DNA of 64,000 nt. Origin: the human T2T-CHM13v2.0 reference genome, Homo sapiens. The stretch is taken from assembly GCA_009914755.4 (NCBI GenBank), contig CP068257.2, positions 6,848,001 to 6,912,000 on the forward strand. Reading direction: 5' to 3'. The position numbers and the translations under genes were made by a program. Position 1 is the stretch's first letter; every line of letters begins with the position of its first letter. Of this stretch, positions 16,565 to 33,354 are shown in pieces. Under the pieces are notes generated by a model that was given only the letters and a program-made list of their open reading frames with translations, was not told where the DNA came from and did not search any database.

Positions 16565-18660
16565 ATACATGTTTTTTAAATGAAAAAGAATTTCAAAGCT
16601 ACTCTGCTTGGGACAAGAATCAAATATATAAACTGAGGAATAAAACATAACCATGAAACATATTTATAACTGCATATGGAAAATACAGAGGATAATTTTT
16701 TAAATAACATGTTTTGAAAGCATTAACTAGTAATTTGAAGAGTTGGCATTTGAAAGGCCCGTATGAATATACCTTCAAAGCAGCAACACAGGTTCCCCAT
16801 GAGAAAAATCAAACTCAGGGAAAATAAAACCACAAGGGTTCACTCTGTTCTGACCTTTGAAAAACACAGCACAGACAGTGGCCCTTAGGACCAAGAGCAG
16901 GAGATCCCTAATCCCGTCACCACGGCGATAGGGCACAAACATTGCAGGGTGAGGGCACAATCCACATTGTGAGGTCCAACTGCTGCCGGGAAGACAGGAG
17001 TGCTTTTACATAGACCCAAAGGTCATTGAAGGCTCAGTGTTTTGTTTCAAAAACTGAATCCCAAGCCCACACATTATTATGCTGTGCTTCTTAAAACAAG
17101 TTATGAGATGGGAAATAGGGCACCCACAAATATATCTACACATTATGTATATAATAGTATATAGAATCATATATATAATATATGTAACATATATATATAC
17201 TATTCTTTTACACCCTGCATCTTATATTATATATATTATATGTAATATAATAATTGAAAATATATAAGTATAATATTTATACAATATGACATATAATAAT
17301 TATATTTTATGACATATATAATATATATTATATATCATATATAGAATATATTATATGGTTAATATACGTACTAAATATATACTATACATTATATATATTA
17401 TATCTATTATATCTATGTTATATGTAACATACATTATAGATAATATATATATCATATCTATGTTATATATAATATAAAATAACAAAATAATATAATTATA
17501 TATATATAATATGACATATAATATATATTATATTTTATGACATATATAATATATATTATATATTATATATGTAATACGTTGTATGTATAATGCATACATT
17601 AAATATATATGATATGTGTACGTTATTAATTATATGTAATATATGTTATATATTATATATTTTACATGGAATACACATGTTACATATAATATATACTATG
17701 GTACCTATAACGTATAATTTATGATATGTAATATACTGTATGTCATATATTATATATAATTCATAATATACAGTATGTGGAATGTGGTATATATGACATA
17801 TAATATATGATATATATAACATACAATATATCATATATAACAAAGAATATATGATACATAATATATATGGTATACAAAATATATATTATGATACATATTA
17901 TATATGTTTTATATCATATTATATATAACTATTTAAAATTATATATAACTGTATAATATTATACGTAAATATATAATATAATAAACATGACTATATATTA
18001 TGTTATATATAATTTTATTACATAAGTTACATAATATATGATAATATAATGCATATATTATATTATTTTATATTCCATAATATATATTATATATCACATA
18101 ATATATGCTGCATACATCATATTAAAATATATATTATATTATGATATATGAAATATCGTATATATTATGTATCCTATATTGTATAATATACATTATATAT
18201 TATATAACATGTATGTTGTCTATCATATGATATATAAAATTATATATATGATTATATTGTTATACATATAACGATATAAATATGTAATTATATGTATCAT
18301 TATTTATATTATATATTATTATATAATCATTTATAATTAATAAATAATTTTATGATTATATAAATTATAATATATAAATTATACTATGTAATAAAAAATA
18401 TATATATTATATATCATATATGATATAGTATATATGTTATATATCATATTATATATAAATATATGTTATGTTATATACAATTATATATTTTCATATATAA
18501 GATGTATAATGTGTATTATCTATTATATATGTTATGTACTATATATAATGTAAATAAGCTGACACAGGATAAATATTACATATTATGATATATAATATAT
18601 ATGAGGTTATATATTACATATAAAGCATATTACAAAACATATAATATATATCATGTATAA

Positions 18661-18954
18661 TTTTTTTTTAGACAGAGCCTTGTCCTGTTGCACAGCGTGA
18701 GGTACAATGGCGCCATCTTTACTCACTGCAACATCTGCCTCACGGGTTCAAGCGATTGTCCTCCCTCAGCCTCCCAGGTAGCTTGGAGTACACCACACTG
18801 GGACTACACCAGCTGCCACCATGCCTAGCTAAATTTTTGGATTTTTAGTAGTGACAGCGTTTCACTGTATTGGCCAGGATGGTCTTGATCTCTTCACCTT
18901 GTGATCCCCTTGCCTTGGCCTCCAAATTTCCTGGGATTACAGGCCTGAGCCAAG
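18661..18954 (-). mobile_element. Alu-derived segment of HSat1B unit 4
   Basis: Same antisense Alu sequence at unit periodicity. Confidence 0.85.
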
Positions 18955-21062
18955 ATACATGTTTTTTAAATGAAAAAGAATTTCAAAGCTACTCTGCTTG
19001 GGACAAGAATCAATTATATAAACTGAGGAATAAAACATAACCATGAAACATATTTATAACTGCATATGGAAAATACAGAGGATAATTTTTTAAATAACAT
19101 ATTTTGAAAGCATTAACTAGTAATTTGAAGAGTTGGCATTTGAAAGGCCCGTATGAATATACCTTCAAAGCAGCAACACAGGTTCCCCATGAGAAAAATC
19201 AAACTCAGGGAAAATAAAACCACAAGGGTTCACTCTGTTCTGACCTTTGAAAAACACAGCACAGACAGTGGCCCTTAGGACCAAGAGCAGGAGATCCGTA
19301 ATCCCGTCACCACGGCGATAGGGCACAAACATTGCAGGGTGAGGGCACAATCCACATTGTGAGGTCCAACTGCCTCCGGGAAGACAGAAGTGCTTTTACA
19401 TAGACCCAAAGGTCATTGAAGGCTCAGTGTTTTGTTTCAAAAACTAAATCCCAAGCCCAGACATTATTATGCTGCGCTTCTTAAAACAAGTTATGAGATG
19501 GGAAATAGGGCACCCACAAATATACCTATACATTATGTATATAATAGTATATAGAATCATATATATAATATATGTAACATATATATATAATATTCTTTTA
19601 CACCCTGCATCTTATATTATATATATTATATGTAATATAATAATTGAAAATATATAAGTATAATATTTATACAATATGACATATAATAATTATATTTTAT
19701 GACATATATAATATATATTATATATCATATATAGAATATATTATATGGTTAATATACGTACTAAATATATACTATACATTATATATATTATATCTATTAT
19801 ATCTATGTTATATATAACATACATTATAGATAATATATATATCATATCTATGTTATATATAATATAAAATAACAAAATAATATAATTATATATATATAAT
19901 ATGACATATAATATATATTATATTTTATGACATATATATAATATATATTATATATTATATATGTAATACGTTGTATGTATAATGCATACATTTAATATAT
20001 ATGATATGTGTACGTTATTAATTATATGTAATATATGTTATATATTATATATTTTACATGGAATACACATGTTACATATAATATATACTATGGTACCTAT
20101 AACGTATAATTTATTATATATAATATACTGTATGTCACATATTATATATAATTCATATTATACAGTATGTGGAATGTGGTATATATGACATGTAATATAT
20201 GATATATATAACATACAATATATCATATATAACATACAATATATGATACATAATATATATGGTATACAAAATATATATTATGACATATATTGTATATGTT
20301 TTATATTATATGATATATAACTATTTAAAATTATATATAACTGTATAATATTATACGTAAATATATAATATAATAAACATGACTATATATTATGTTATAT
20401 ATAATTTTATTACATACGTTACATAATATATCATAATATACTGCATATATTATATTATTTTATATTACATAATATATATTATATATCACATAATATATGC
20501 TGCATACATAATATTAAAATATATATTATATTATGATATATGAAATATCGTATATATTATGTATCCTATATTGTATAATATACATGACATATTATATAAC
20601 ATGTATGTTGTCTATCATATGATATATAAAATTATATATATGATTATATTGTTATACATATAACGATATAAATATGTAATTATATGTATCATTATTTATC
20701 TTATATATTATTATATAATCATTTATAATTATTTATATTATATAAATAATTAAATGATTCTACAAATTATAATATATAAATTATACTATGTAATAAAAAA
20801 TATATATATTATATATCATATATGATATAGTATATATGTTATATATCATATTATATATAAATATATGTTATGTTATATACAATTATATCTTTTCATATAT
20901 AAGATGTATAATATGTATTATCTATTATATATGTTATGTACTATATATAATGTAAATAAGCTGACACAGGATAAATATTACATCTTATGATATATAATAT
21001 CTATGAGGTTATATATTACATATAAAGCATATTACAAAACATATAATATATATCATGTATAA

Positions 21063-21356
21063 TTTTTTTTTAGACAGAGCCTTGTCCTGTTGCACAGCGT
21101 GGGGTACAATGGCGCCATCTTTACTCACTTCAACATCTGCCTCACGGGTTCAAGCGATTGTCCTCCCTCAGCCTCCCAGGTAGCTGGGAGTACACCACAC
21201 TGGGACTACACCAGCTGCCACCATGCCTAGCTAAATTTTTGGATTTTTAGTAGTGACAGCGTTTCACTGTATTGGCCAGGATGGTCTTGATCTCTTCACC
21301 TTGTGATCCCCTTGCCTTGGCCTCCAAATTTCCTGGGATTACAGGCCTGAGCCAAG
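21063..21356 (-). mobile_element. Alu-derived segment of HSat1B unit 5
   Basis: Same antisense Alu sequence at unit periodicity. Confidence 0.85.
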
Positions 21357-23460
21357 ATACATGTTTTTTAAATGAAAAAGAATTTCAAAGCTACTCTGCT
21401 TGGGACAAGAATCAAATATATAAACTGAGGAATAAAACATAACCATGAAACATATTTATAACTGCATATGGAAAATACAGAGGATAATTTTTTAAATAAC
21501 ATGTTTTGAAAGCATTAACTAGTAATTTGAAGAGTTGGCATTTGAAAGGCCCGTATGAATATACCTTCAAAGCAGCAACACAGGTTCCCCATGAGAAAAA
21601 TCAAACTCAGGGAAAATAAAACCACAAGGGTTCACTCTGTTCTGACCTTTGAAAAACACAGCACAGACAGTGGCCCTTAGGACCAAGGGCAGGAGATCCC
21701 TACTCCCGTCACCACGGCGATAGGGCACAAACATTGCAGGGTGAGGGCACAATCCACATTGTGAGGTCCAACTGCTGCCGGGAAGACAGGAGTGCTTTTA
21801 CATAGACCCAAAGGTCATTGAAGGCTCAGTGTTTTGTTTCAAAAACTGAATCCCAAGCCCACACCTTATTATGCTGCGCTTCTTAAAACAAGTTAGGAGA
21901 TGGGAAATAGGGCACCCACAAATATATCTATACATTATGTATATAATAGTATATAGAATCATATATATAATATATGTAACATATATATATACTATTCTTT
22001 TACACCCTGCATCTTATATTATATATATTATATGTAATATAATAATTCAAAATATATAAGTATAATATTTATACAATATGACATATAATAATTATATTTT
22101 ATGACATATATAATATATATTATATATCATATATAGAATATATTATATGGTTAATATACGTACTAAATATATAATATACATTATATATATTATATCTATT
22201 ATATCCATGTTATATATAACATACATTATAGATAATATATATATTATATCTATGTTATATATAATATAAAATAACATAAAATAATATAATTATATATATA
22301 ATATGACATATAATATATATTATATATAATGACATATATATAATATATATTATATATTATATAGGTAATACGTTGTATGTATAATGCATATATTAAATAT
22401 ATATGATATGTCTACGTTATTAATTATATGTAATATATGTTATATATTATATATTTTACATGGAATACACATGTTACATATAATATATACTATGTTACCT
22501 ATAACGTATAATTTATTATATATAATATACGTAAGTCATATATTATATATAATTCATAATATACAGTATGTGGAATGTGGTATATATGACATGTAATATA
22601 TGATATATATAACATACAATACATCATATATAACAAAGAATATATGATACATAATATATATGGTATACAAAATATATATTATGATATATATTATATATGT
22701 TTTATATTATATTATATATAACTATTTAAAATTATATATAACTGTATAATATTATACGTAAATATATAATATAACATGACTATATATTATGTTATATATA
22801 ATTTTATTACATACGTTACATAATATATGATAATATAATGCATATATTATATTATTTTATATTCCATAATATATATTATATATCACATAATATATGCTGC
22901 ATACATAATATTAAAATATATATTATATTATGATATATGAAATATCGTATATATTATGTATCCTATATTGTATAATATACATTATATATTATATAACATG
23001 AATGTTGTCTATCATATGATATATAAAATTATATATATGATTATATTGTTATACATATAACGATATAAATATGTAATTATATGTATCATTATTTATCTTA
23101 TATATTATTATATAATCATTTATAATTATTTATATTATATAAATAATTAAATGATTCTAAAAATTATAATATATAAATTATACTATGTAATAAAAAATAT
23201 ATATATTATATATCATATATGATATAGTATATATGTTATATATCATATTATATATAAATATATGTTATGTTATATACAATTATATCTTTTCATATATAAG
23301 ATGTATAATATGTATTATCTATTATATATGTTATGTACTATATATAATGTAAATAAGCTGACACAGGATAAATATTACATCTTATGATATATAATATCTA
23401 TGAGGTTATATATTACATATAAAGCATATTACAAAACATATAATATATATCATGTATAAT

Positions 23461-23753
23461 TTTTTTTTAGACAGAGCCTTGTCCTGTTGCACAGCGTGGG
23501 GTACAATGGCGCCATCTTTACTCACTTCAACATCTGCCTCACGGGTTCAAGCGATTGTCCTCCCTCAGCCTCCCAGGTAGCTGGGAGTACACCACACTGG
23601 GACTACACCAGCTGCCACCATGCCTAGCTAAATTTTTGGATTTTTAGTAGTGACAGCGTTTCACTGTATTGGCCAGGATGGTCTTGATCTCTTCACCTTG
23701 TGATCCCCTTGCCTTGGCCTCCAAATTTCCTGGGATTACAGGCCTGAGCCAAG
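23461..23753 (-). mobile_element. Alu-derived segment of HSat1B unit 6
   Basis: Same antisense Alu sequence at unit periodicity. Confidence 0.85.
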
Positions 23754-25857
23754 ATACATGTTTTTTAAATGAAAAAGAATTTCAAAGCTACTCTGCTTGG
23801 GACAAGAATCAAATATATAAACTGAGGAATAAAACATAACCATGAAACATATTTATAACTGCATATGGAAAATACAGAGGATAATTTTTTAAATAACATG
23901 TTTTGAAAGCATTAACTAGTAATTTGAAGAGTTGGCATTTGAAAGGCCCGTATGAATATACCTTCAAAGCAGCAACACAGGTTCCCCATGAGAAAAATCA
24001 AACTCAGGGAAAATAAAACCACAAGGGTTCACTCTGTTCTGACCTTTGAAAAACACAGCACAGACAGTGGCCCTTAGGACCAAGGGCAGGAGATCCCTAC
24101 TCCCGTCACCACGGCGATAGGGCACAAACATTGCAGGGTGAGGGCACAATCCACATTGTGAGGTCCAACTGCTGCCGGGAAGACAGGAGTGCTTTTACAT
24201 AGACTCAAAGGTCATTGAAGGCTCAGTGTTTTGTTTCAAAAACTGAATCCCAAGCCCACACCTTATTATGCTGCGCTTCTTAAAACAAGTTAGGAGATGG
24301 GAAATAGGGCACCCACAAATATATCTATACATTATGTATATAATAGTATATAGAATCATATATATAATATATGTAACATATATATATACTATTCTTTTAC
24401 ACCCTGCATCTTATATTATATATATTATATGTAATATAATAATTCAAAATATATAAGTATAATATTTATACAATATGACATATAATAATTATATTTTATG
24501 ACATATATAATATATATTATATATCATATATAGAATATATTATATGGTTAATATACGTACTAAATATATAATATACATTATATATATTATATCTATTATA
24601 TCCATGTTATATATAACATACATTATAGATAATATATATATTATATCTATGTTATATATAATATAAAATAACATAAAATAATATAATTATATATATAATA
24701 TGACATATAATATATATTATATATAATGACATATATATAATATATATTATATATTATATAGGTAATACGTTGTATGTATAATGCATATATTAAATATATA
24801 TGATATGTCTACGTTATTAATTATATGTAATATATGTTATATATTATATATTTTACATGGAATACACATGTTACATATAATATATACTATGTTACCTATA
24901 ACGTATAATTTATTATATATAATATACGTAAGTCATATATTATATATAATTCATAATATACAGTATGTGGAATGTGGTATATATGACATGTAATATATGA
25001 TATATATAACATACAATACATCATATATAACAAAGAATATATGATACATAATATATATGGTATACAAAATATATATTATGATATATATTATATATGTTTT
25101 ATATTATATTATATATAACTATTTAAAATTATATATAACTGTATAATATTATACGTAAATATATAATATAACATGACTATATATTATGTTATATATAATT
25201 TTATTACATACGTTACATAATATATGATAATATAATGCATATATTATATTATTTTATATTCCATAATATATATTATATATCACATAATATATGCTGCATA
25301 CATAATATTAAAATATATATTATATTATGATATATGAAATATCGTATATATTATGTATCCTATATTGTATAATATACATTATATATTATATAACATGAAT
25401 GTTGTCTATCATATGATATATAAAATTATATATATGATTATATTGTTATACATATAACGATATAAATATGTAATTATATGTATCATTATTTATATTATAT
25501 ATTATTATATAATCATTTATAATTATTTATATTATATAAATAATTTTATGATTATATAAATTATAATTTATAAATTATACTATGTAATAAAAAATATATA
25601 TATTATATATCATATATGATATAGTATATATGTTATATATCATATTATATATAAATATATGTTATGTTATATACAATTATATATTTTCATATATAAGATG
25701 TATAATATGTATTATCTATTATATATGTTATGTAGTATATATAATGTAAATAAGCTGACACAGGATAAATATTACATATTATGATATATAATATATATGA
25801 GGTTATATATTACATATAAAGCATATTACAAAACATATAATATATATCATGTATAAT

Positions 25858-26150
25858 TTTTTTTTAGACAGAGCCTTGTCCTGTTGCACAGCGTGAGGTA
25901 CAATGGTGCCATCTTTACTCACTGCAACATCTGCCTCACGGGTTCAAGCGATTGTCCTCCCTCAGCCTCCCAGGTAGCTGGGAGTACACCACACTGGGAC
26001 TACACCAGCTGCCACCATGCCTAGCTAAATTTTTGGATTTTTAGTAGTGACAGCGTTTCACTGTATTGGCCAGGATGGTCTTGATCTCTTCACCTTGTGA
26101 TCCCCTTGCCTTGGCCTCCAAATTTCCTGGGATTACAGGCCTGAGCCAAG
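25858..26150 (-). mobile_element. Alu-derived segment of HSat1B unit 7
   Basis: Same antisense Alu sequence at unit periodicity. Confidence 0.85.
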
Positions 26151-28258
26151 ATACATGTTTTTTAAATGAAAAAGAATTTCAAAGCTACTCTGCTTGGGAC
26201 AAGAATCAAATATATAAACTGAGGAATAAAACATAACCATGAAACATATTTATAACTGCATATGGAAAATACAGAGGATAATTTTTTAAATAACATATTT
26301 TGAAAGCATTAACTAGTAATTTGAAGAGTTGGCATTTGAAAGGCCCGTATGAATATACCTTCAAAGCAGCAACACAGGTTCCCCATGAGAAAAATCAAAC
26401 TCAGGGAAAATAAAACCACAAGGGTTCACTCTGTTCTGACCTTTGAAAAACACAGCACAGACAGTGGCCCTTAGGACCAAGAGCAGGAGATCCCTAATCC
26501 CGTCACCACGGCGATAGGGCACAAACATTGCAGGGTGAGGGCACAATCCACATTGTGAGGTCCAACTGCTGCCGGGAAGACAGGAGTGCTTTTACATAGA
26601 CCCAAAGGTCATTGAAGGCTCAGTGTTTTGTTTCAAAAACTGAATCCCAAGCCCACACATTATTATGCTGCACTTCTTAAAACAAGTTATGAGATGGGAA
26701 ATAGGGCACCCACAAATATATCTATACATTATGTATATAATAGTATATAGAATCATATATATAATATATGTAACATATATATATACTATTCTTTTACACC
26801 CTGCATCTTATATTATATATATTATATGTAATATAGTAACTGAAAATATATAAGTATAATATTTATACAATATGACATATAATAATTATATATTATGACA
26901 TATATAGTATATATTATATATCATATATAGAATATATTATATGGTTAATATACGTACTAAATATATAATATACATTATATATATTATATATATTATATCT
27001 ATGTTATATATAACATACATTATAGATAATATATATATTATATCTATGTTATATATAATATAAAATAACAAAAAAAAATAAAATTGTATATATATAAAAT
27101 GACATATAATATATATTATATTTTATGACATATATAATATATATTATATATTATATATGTAATACGTTGTGTGTATAATGCATACATTAAATATATATGA
27201 TATGTGTACGTTATTAATTATATGTAATATATGTTATATATTATATATTTTACATGGAATACACATGTTACATATAATATATACTATGTTACCTATAACG
27301 TATAATTTATTATATATAATATACTGTATGTCACATATTATATATAATTCATATTATACAGTATGTGGAATGTGGTATATATGACATGTAATATATGATA
27401 TATATAACATACAATATATCATATATAACATACAATATATGATACATAATATATATGGTATACAAAATATATATTATGATATATATTGTATATGTTTTAT
27501 ATTATATGATATATAACTATTTAAAATTATATATAACTGTATAATATTATACGTAAATATATAATATAATAAACATGACTACATATTATGTTATATATAA
27601 TTTTATTACATACGTTACATAATATATCATAATATACTGCATATATTATATTATTTTATATTACATAATATATATTATATATCACATAATATATGCTGCA
27701 TACATAATATTAAAATATATATTATATTATGATATATGAAATATCGTATATATTATGTATCCTATATTGTATAACATACATGACATATTATATAACATGT
27801 ATGTTGTCTATCATATGATATATAAAATTATATATATGATTATATTGTTATACATATAACGATATAAATATGTAATTATATGTATCATTATTTATATTAT
27901 ATATTATTATATAATCATTTATAATTATTTATATTATATAAATAATTAAATGATTATACAAATTATAATATATAAATTATACTATGTAATAAAAAATATA
28001 TATATTATATATCATATATGATATAGTATATATGTTATATATCATATTATATATAAATATATGTTATTTTATATACAATTATATATTTTCATATATAAGA
28101 TGTATAATATGTATTATCTATTATATATGTTACGTACTATATATAATGTAAATAAGCTGACACAGGATAAATATTACATATTATGATATATAATATCTAT
28201 GAGGTTATATATTACATATAAAGCATATTACAAAACATATAATATATATCATGTATAA

Positions 28259-28551
28259 TTTTTTTTTAGACAGAGCCTTGTCCTGTTGCACAGCGTGGGG
28301 TACAATGGCGCCATCTTTACTCACTGCAACATCTGCCTCACGGGTTCAAGCGATTGTCCTCCCTCAGCCTCCCAGCTAGCTGGGAGTACACCACACTGGG
28401 ACTACACCAGCTGCCACCATGCCTAGCTAAATTTTTGGATTTTTAGTAGTGACAGCGTTTCACTGTATTGGCCAGGATGGTCTTGATCTCTTCACCTTGT
28501 GATCCCCTTTCCTTGGCCTCCAAATTTCCTGGGATTACAGGCCTGAGCCAA
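28259..28551 (-). mobile_element. Alu-derived segment of HSat1B unit 8
   Basis: Same antisense Alu sequence at unit periodicity. Confidence 0.85.
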
Positions 28552-30660
28552 GATACATGTTTTTTAAATGAAAGAGAATTTCAAAGCTACTCTGCTTGGG
28601 ACAAGAATCAAATATATAAACTGAGGAATAAAACATAACCATGAAACATATTTATAACTGCATATGGAAAATACAGAGGATAATTTTTTAAATAACATAT
28701 TTTGAAAGCATTAACTAGTAATTTGAAGAGTTGGCATTTGAAAGGCCCGTATGAATATACCTTCAAAGCAGCAACACAGGTTCCCCATGAGAAAAATCAA
28801 ACTCAGGGAAAATAAAACCACAAAGCTTCACTCTGTTCTGACCTTTGAAAAACACAGCACAGACAGTGGCCCTTAGGACCAAGAGCAGGAGATCCCTAAT
28901 CCCGTCACCACGGCGATAGGGCACAAACATTGCAGGGTGAGGGCACAATCCACATTGTGAGGTCCAACTGCTGCCAGGAAGACAGGAGTGCTTTTACATA
29001 GACCCAAAGGTCATTGAAGGCTCAGTGTTTTGTTTCAAAAACTGAATCCCAAGCCCACACATTACTATGCTGCGCTTCTTACAACAAGTTATGAGATGGG
29101 AAATAGGGCACCCACAAATATATCTATACATTATGTATATAATAGTATATAGAATCATATATATAATATATGTAACATATATATATAATATTCTTTTACA
29201 CCCTGCATCTTATATTATATATATTATATGTAATATAATAATTGAAAATATATAAGTATAATATTTATACAATATGACATATAATAATTATATTTTATGA
29301 CATATATAATATATATTATATATCATATATAGAATATATTATATGGTTAATATACGTACTAAATATATACTATACATTATATATATTATATCTATTATAT
29401 CTATGTTATATATAACATACATTATAGATAATATATATATCATATCTATGTTATATATAATATAAAATAACAAAATAATATAATTATATATATATAATAT
29501 GACATATAATATATATTATATTTTATGACATATATATAATATATATTATATATTATATATGTAATACGTTGTATGTATAATGCATACATTTAATATATAT
29601 GATATGTGTACGTTATTAATTATATGTATTATATGTTATATATTATATATTTTACATGGAATACACATGTTACATATAATATATACTATGGTACCTATAA
29701 CGTATAATTTATTATATATAATATACTGTATGTCACATATTATATATAATTCATATTATACAGTATGTGGAATGTGGTATATATGACATGTAATATATGA
29801 TATATATAACATACAATATATCATATATAACATACAATATATGATACATAATATATATGGTATACAAAATATATATTATGACATATATTGTATATGTTTT
29901 ATATTATATGATATATAACTATTTAAAATTATATATAACTGTATAATATTATACGTAAATATATAATATAATAAACATGACTATATATTATGTTATATAT
30001 AATTTTATTACATACGTTACATAATATATCATAATATACTGCATATATTATATTATTTTATATTACATAATATATATTATATATCACATAATATATGCTG
30101 CATACATAATATTAAAATATATATTATATTATGATATATGAAATATCGTATATATTATGTATCCTATATTGTATAATATACATGACATATTATATAACAT
30201 GTATGTTGTCTATCATATGATATATAAAATTATATATATGATTATATTGTTATACATATAACGATATAAATATGTAATTATATGTATCATTATTTATATT
30301 ATATATTATTATATAATCATTTATAATTATTTATATTATATAAATAATTAAATGATTCTACAAATTATAATATATAAATTATACTATGTAATAAAAAATA
30401 TATATATTATATATCATATATGATATAGTATATATGTTATATATCATATTATATATAAATATATGTTATGTTATATACAATTATATCTTTTCATATATAA
30501 GATGTATAATATGTATTATCTATTATATATGTTATGTACTATATATAATGTAAATAAGCTGACACAGGATAAATATTACATCTTATGATATATAATATCT
30601 ATGAGGTTATATATTACATATAAAGCATATTACAAAACATATAATATATATCATGTATAA

Positions 30661-30954
30661 TTTTTTTTTAGACAGAGCCTTGTCCTGTTGCACAGCGTGG
30701 GGTACAATGGCGCCATCTTTACTCACTGCAACATCTGCCTCACGGGTTCAAGCGATTGTCCTCCCTCAGCCTCCCAGGTAGCTGGGAGTACACCACACTG
30801 GGACTACACCAGCTGCCACCATGCCTAGCTAATTTTTTGGATTTTTAGCAGTGACAGCGTTTCACTGTATTGGCCAGGATGGTCTTGATCTCTTCACCTT
30901 GTGATCCCCTTGCCTTGGCCTCCAAATTTCCTGGGATTACAGGCCTGAGCCAAG
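30661..30954 (-). mobile_element. Alu-derived segment of HSat1B unit 9
   Basis: Same antisense Alu sequence at unit periodicity. Confidence 0.85.
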
Positions 30955-33060
30955 ATACATGTTTTTTAAATGAAGAAGAATTTCAAAGCTACTCTGCTTG
31001 GGACAAGAATCAAATATATAAACTGAGGAATAAAACATAACCATGAAACATATTTATAACTGCATATGGAAAATACAGAGGATAATTTTTTAAATAACAT
31101 ATTTTGAAAGCATTAACTAGTAATTTGAAGAGTTGGCATTTGAAAGGCCCGTATGAATATACCTTCAAAGCAGCAACACAGGTTCCCCATGAGAAAAATC
31201 AAACTCAGGGAAAATAAAACCACAAGGGTTCACTCTGTTCTGACCTTTGAAAAACACAGCACAGACAGTGGCCCTTAGGACCAAGAGCAGGAGATCCCTA
31301 ATCCCGTCACCACGGCGATAGGGCACAAACATTGCAGGGTGAGGGCACAATCCACATTGTGAGGTCCAACTGCTGCCGGGAAGACAGGAGTGCTTTTACA
31401 TAGACCCAAAGGTCATTGAAGGCTCAGTGTTTTCTTTCAAAAACTGAATCCCAAGCCCACACATTATTATGCTGCGCTTCTTAAAACAAGTTATGAGATG
31501 GGAAATAGGGCACCCACAAATATATCTATACATTATGTATATAATAGTATATAGAATCATATAAATAATATATGTAACATATATATATACTATTCTTTTA
31601 CACCCTGCATCTTATATTATATATATTATATGTAATATAATAATTGAAAATATATAAGCATAACATTTATACAATATGACATATAATAATTATCTTTTAT
31701 GACATATATAATATATATTATATATCATATATAGAATATATTCTATGGTTAATATACGTACTAAATATATAATATACATTATATATATTATATCTATTAT
31801 ATCTATGTTATATATAACATACATTATACATAATATATATTATATCTATGTTACATATAATATAAAATAACATAAAATAATATAATTGTATGTATATAAT
31901 ATGACATATAATATATATTATATTTTATGACATATATATAATATATATTATATATTATATATGTAATACGTTGTATGTATAATGCATATATTAAATATAT
32001 ATGATATGTCTACGTTATTAATTATATGTAACATATGTTATATATTATATATTTCACATGGAATACACGTTACATATAATATATACTATGATACCTATAA
32101 CGTATAATTTATTAAATATAATATACTGTATCTCATATATTATATATAATTCATAATATACAGTATGTGGAATGTGTTATATATGACATGTAATATATGA
32201 TATATATAACATGCAATATATCATATAGAACATACAATATATGATACATAATATATATGGTATACAAAATATATTTTATGATATATATTATATATGTGTT
32301 ATATTATATTATATATAACTATTTAAAATTTTATATAACTGTATAATATTATACGTAAATATATAATATAATAAACATGACTATATATTATGTTATATAT
32401 AATTTTATTACATACGTTACATAATATATCATACTATAATGCATATATTATATTATTTTATATTACATAATATATATTATATATCACATAATATATGCTG
32501 CGTACATAATATTAAAATATATATTATATTATGATATATGAAATATCGTATATATTATGTATCCTATATTGTATAATGTACATTATATATTATATAACAT
32601 GTATGTTGTCTATCATACGATATATAAAATTATATATATGATTATATTGTTATACCTATAACGATATAAATATGTAATTATATGTATCATTATTTATATT
32701 ATATATTATTATATAATCATGTATAATTATTTATATTATATAAATAATTATATGATTATATAAATTATAATATATAAATTATACTATGTAATAAAAAATA
32801 TATATATTATATATCATATATGATATAGTATATATGCTATATATCATATTATATATAAAAATATGTTATGTTATATACAATTATATATTTTCATATATAA
32901 GATGTATAATATGTATTATCTATTATATATGTTATGTACTATATGTAATGTAAATAAGCTGACACAGGATAAATATTACATATTATGATATATAATATCT
33001 ATGAGGTTATATATTACATATAAAGCATATTACAAAACATATAATATATATCATGTATAA

Positions 33061-33354
33061 TTTTTTTTTAGACAGAGCCTTGTCCTGTTGCACAGCGTGG
33101 GGTACAATGGCGCCATCTTTACTCACTGCAACATCTGCCTCACGGGTTCAAGCGATTGTCCTCCCTCAGCCTCCCAGGTAGCTGGGAGTAGACCACACTG
33201 GGACTACACCAGCTGCCACCATGCCTAGCTAATTTTTTGGATTTTTAGCAGTGACAGCGTTTCACTGTATTGGCCAGGATGGTCTTGATCTCTTCACCTT
33301 GTGATCCCCTTGCCTTGGCCTCCAAATTTCCTGGGATTACAGGCCTGAGCCAAG
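33061..33354 (-). mobile_element. Alu-derived segment of HSat1B unit 10
   Basis: Same antisense Alu sequence at unit periodicity. Confidence 0.85.
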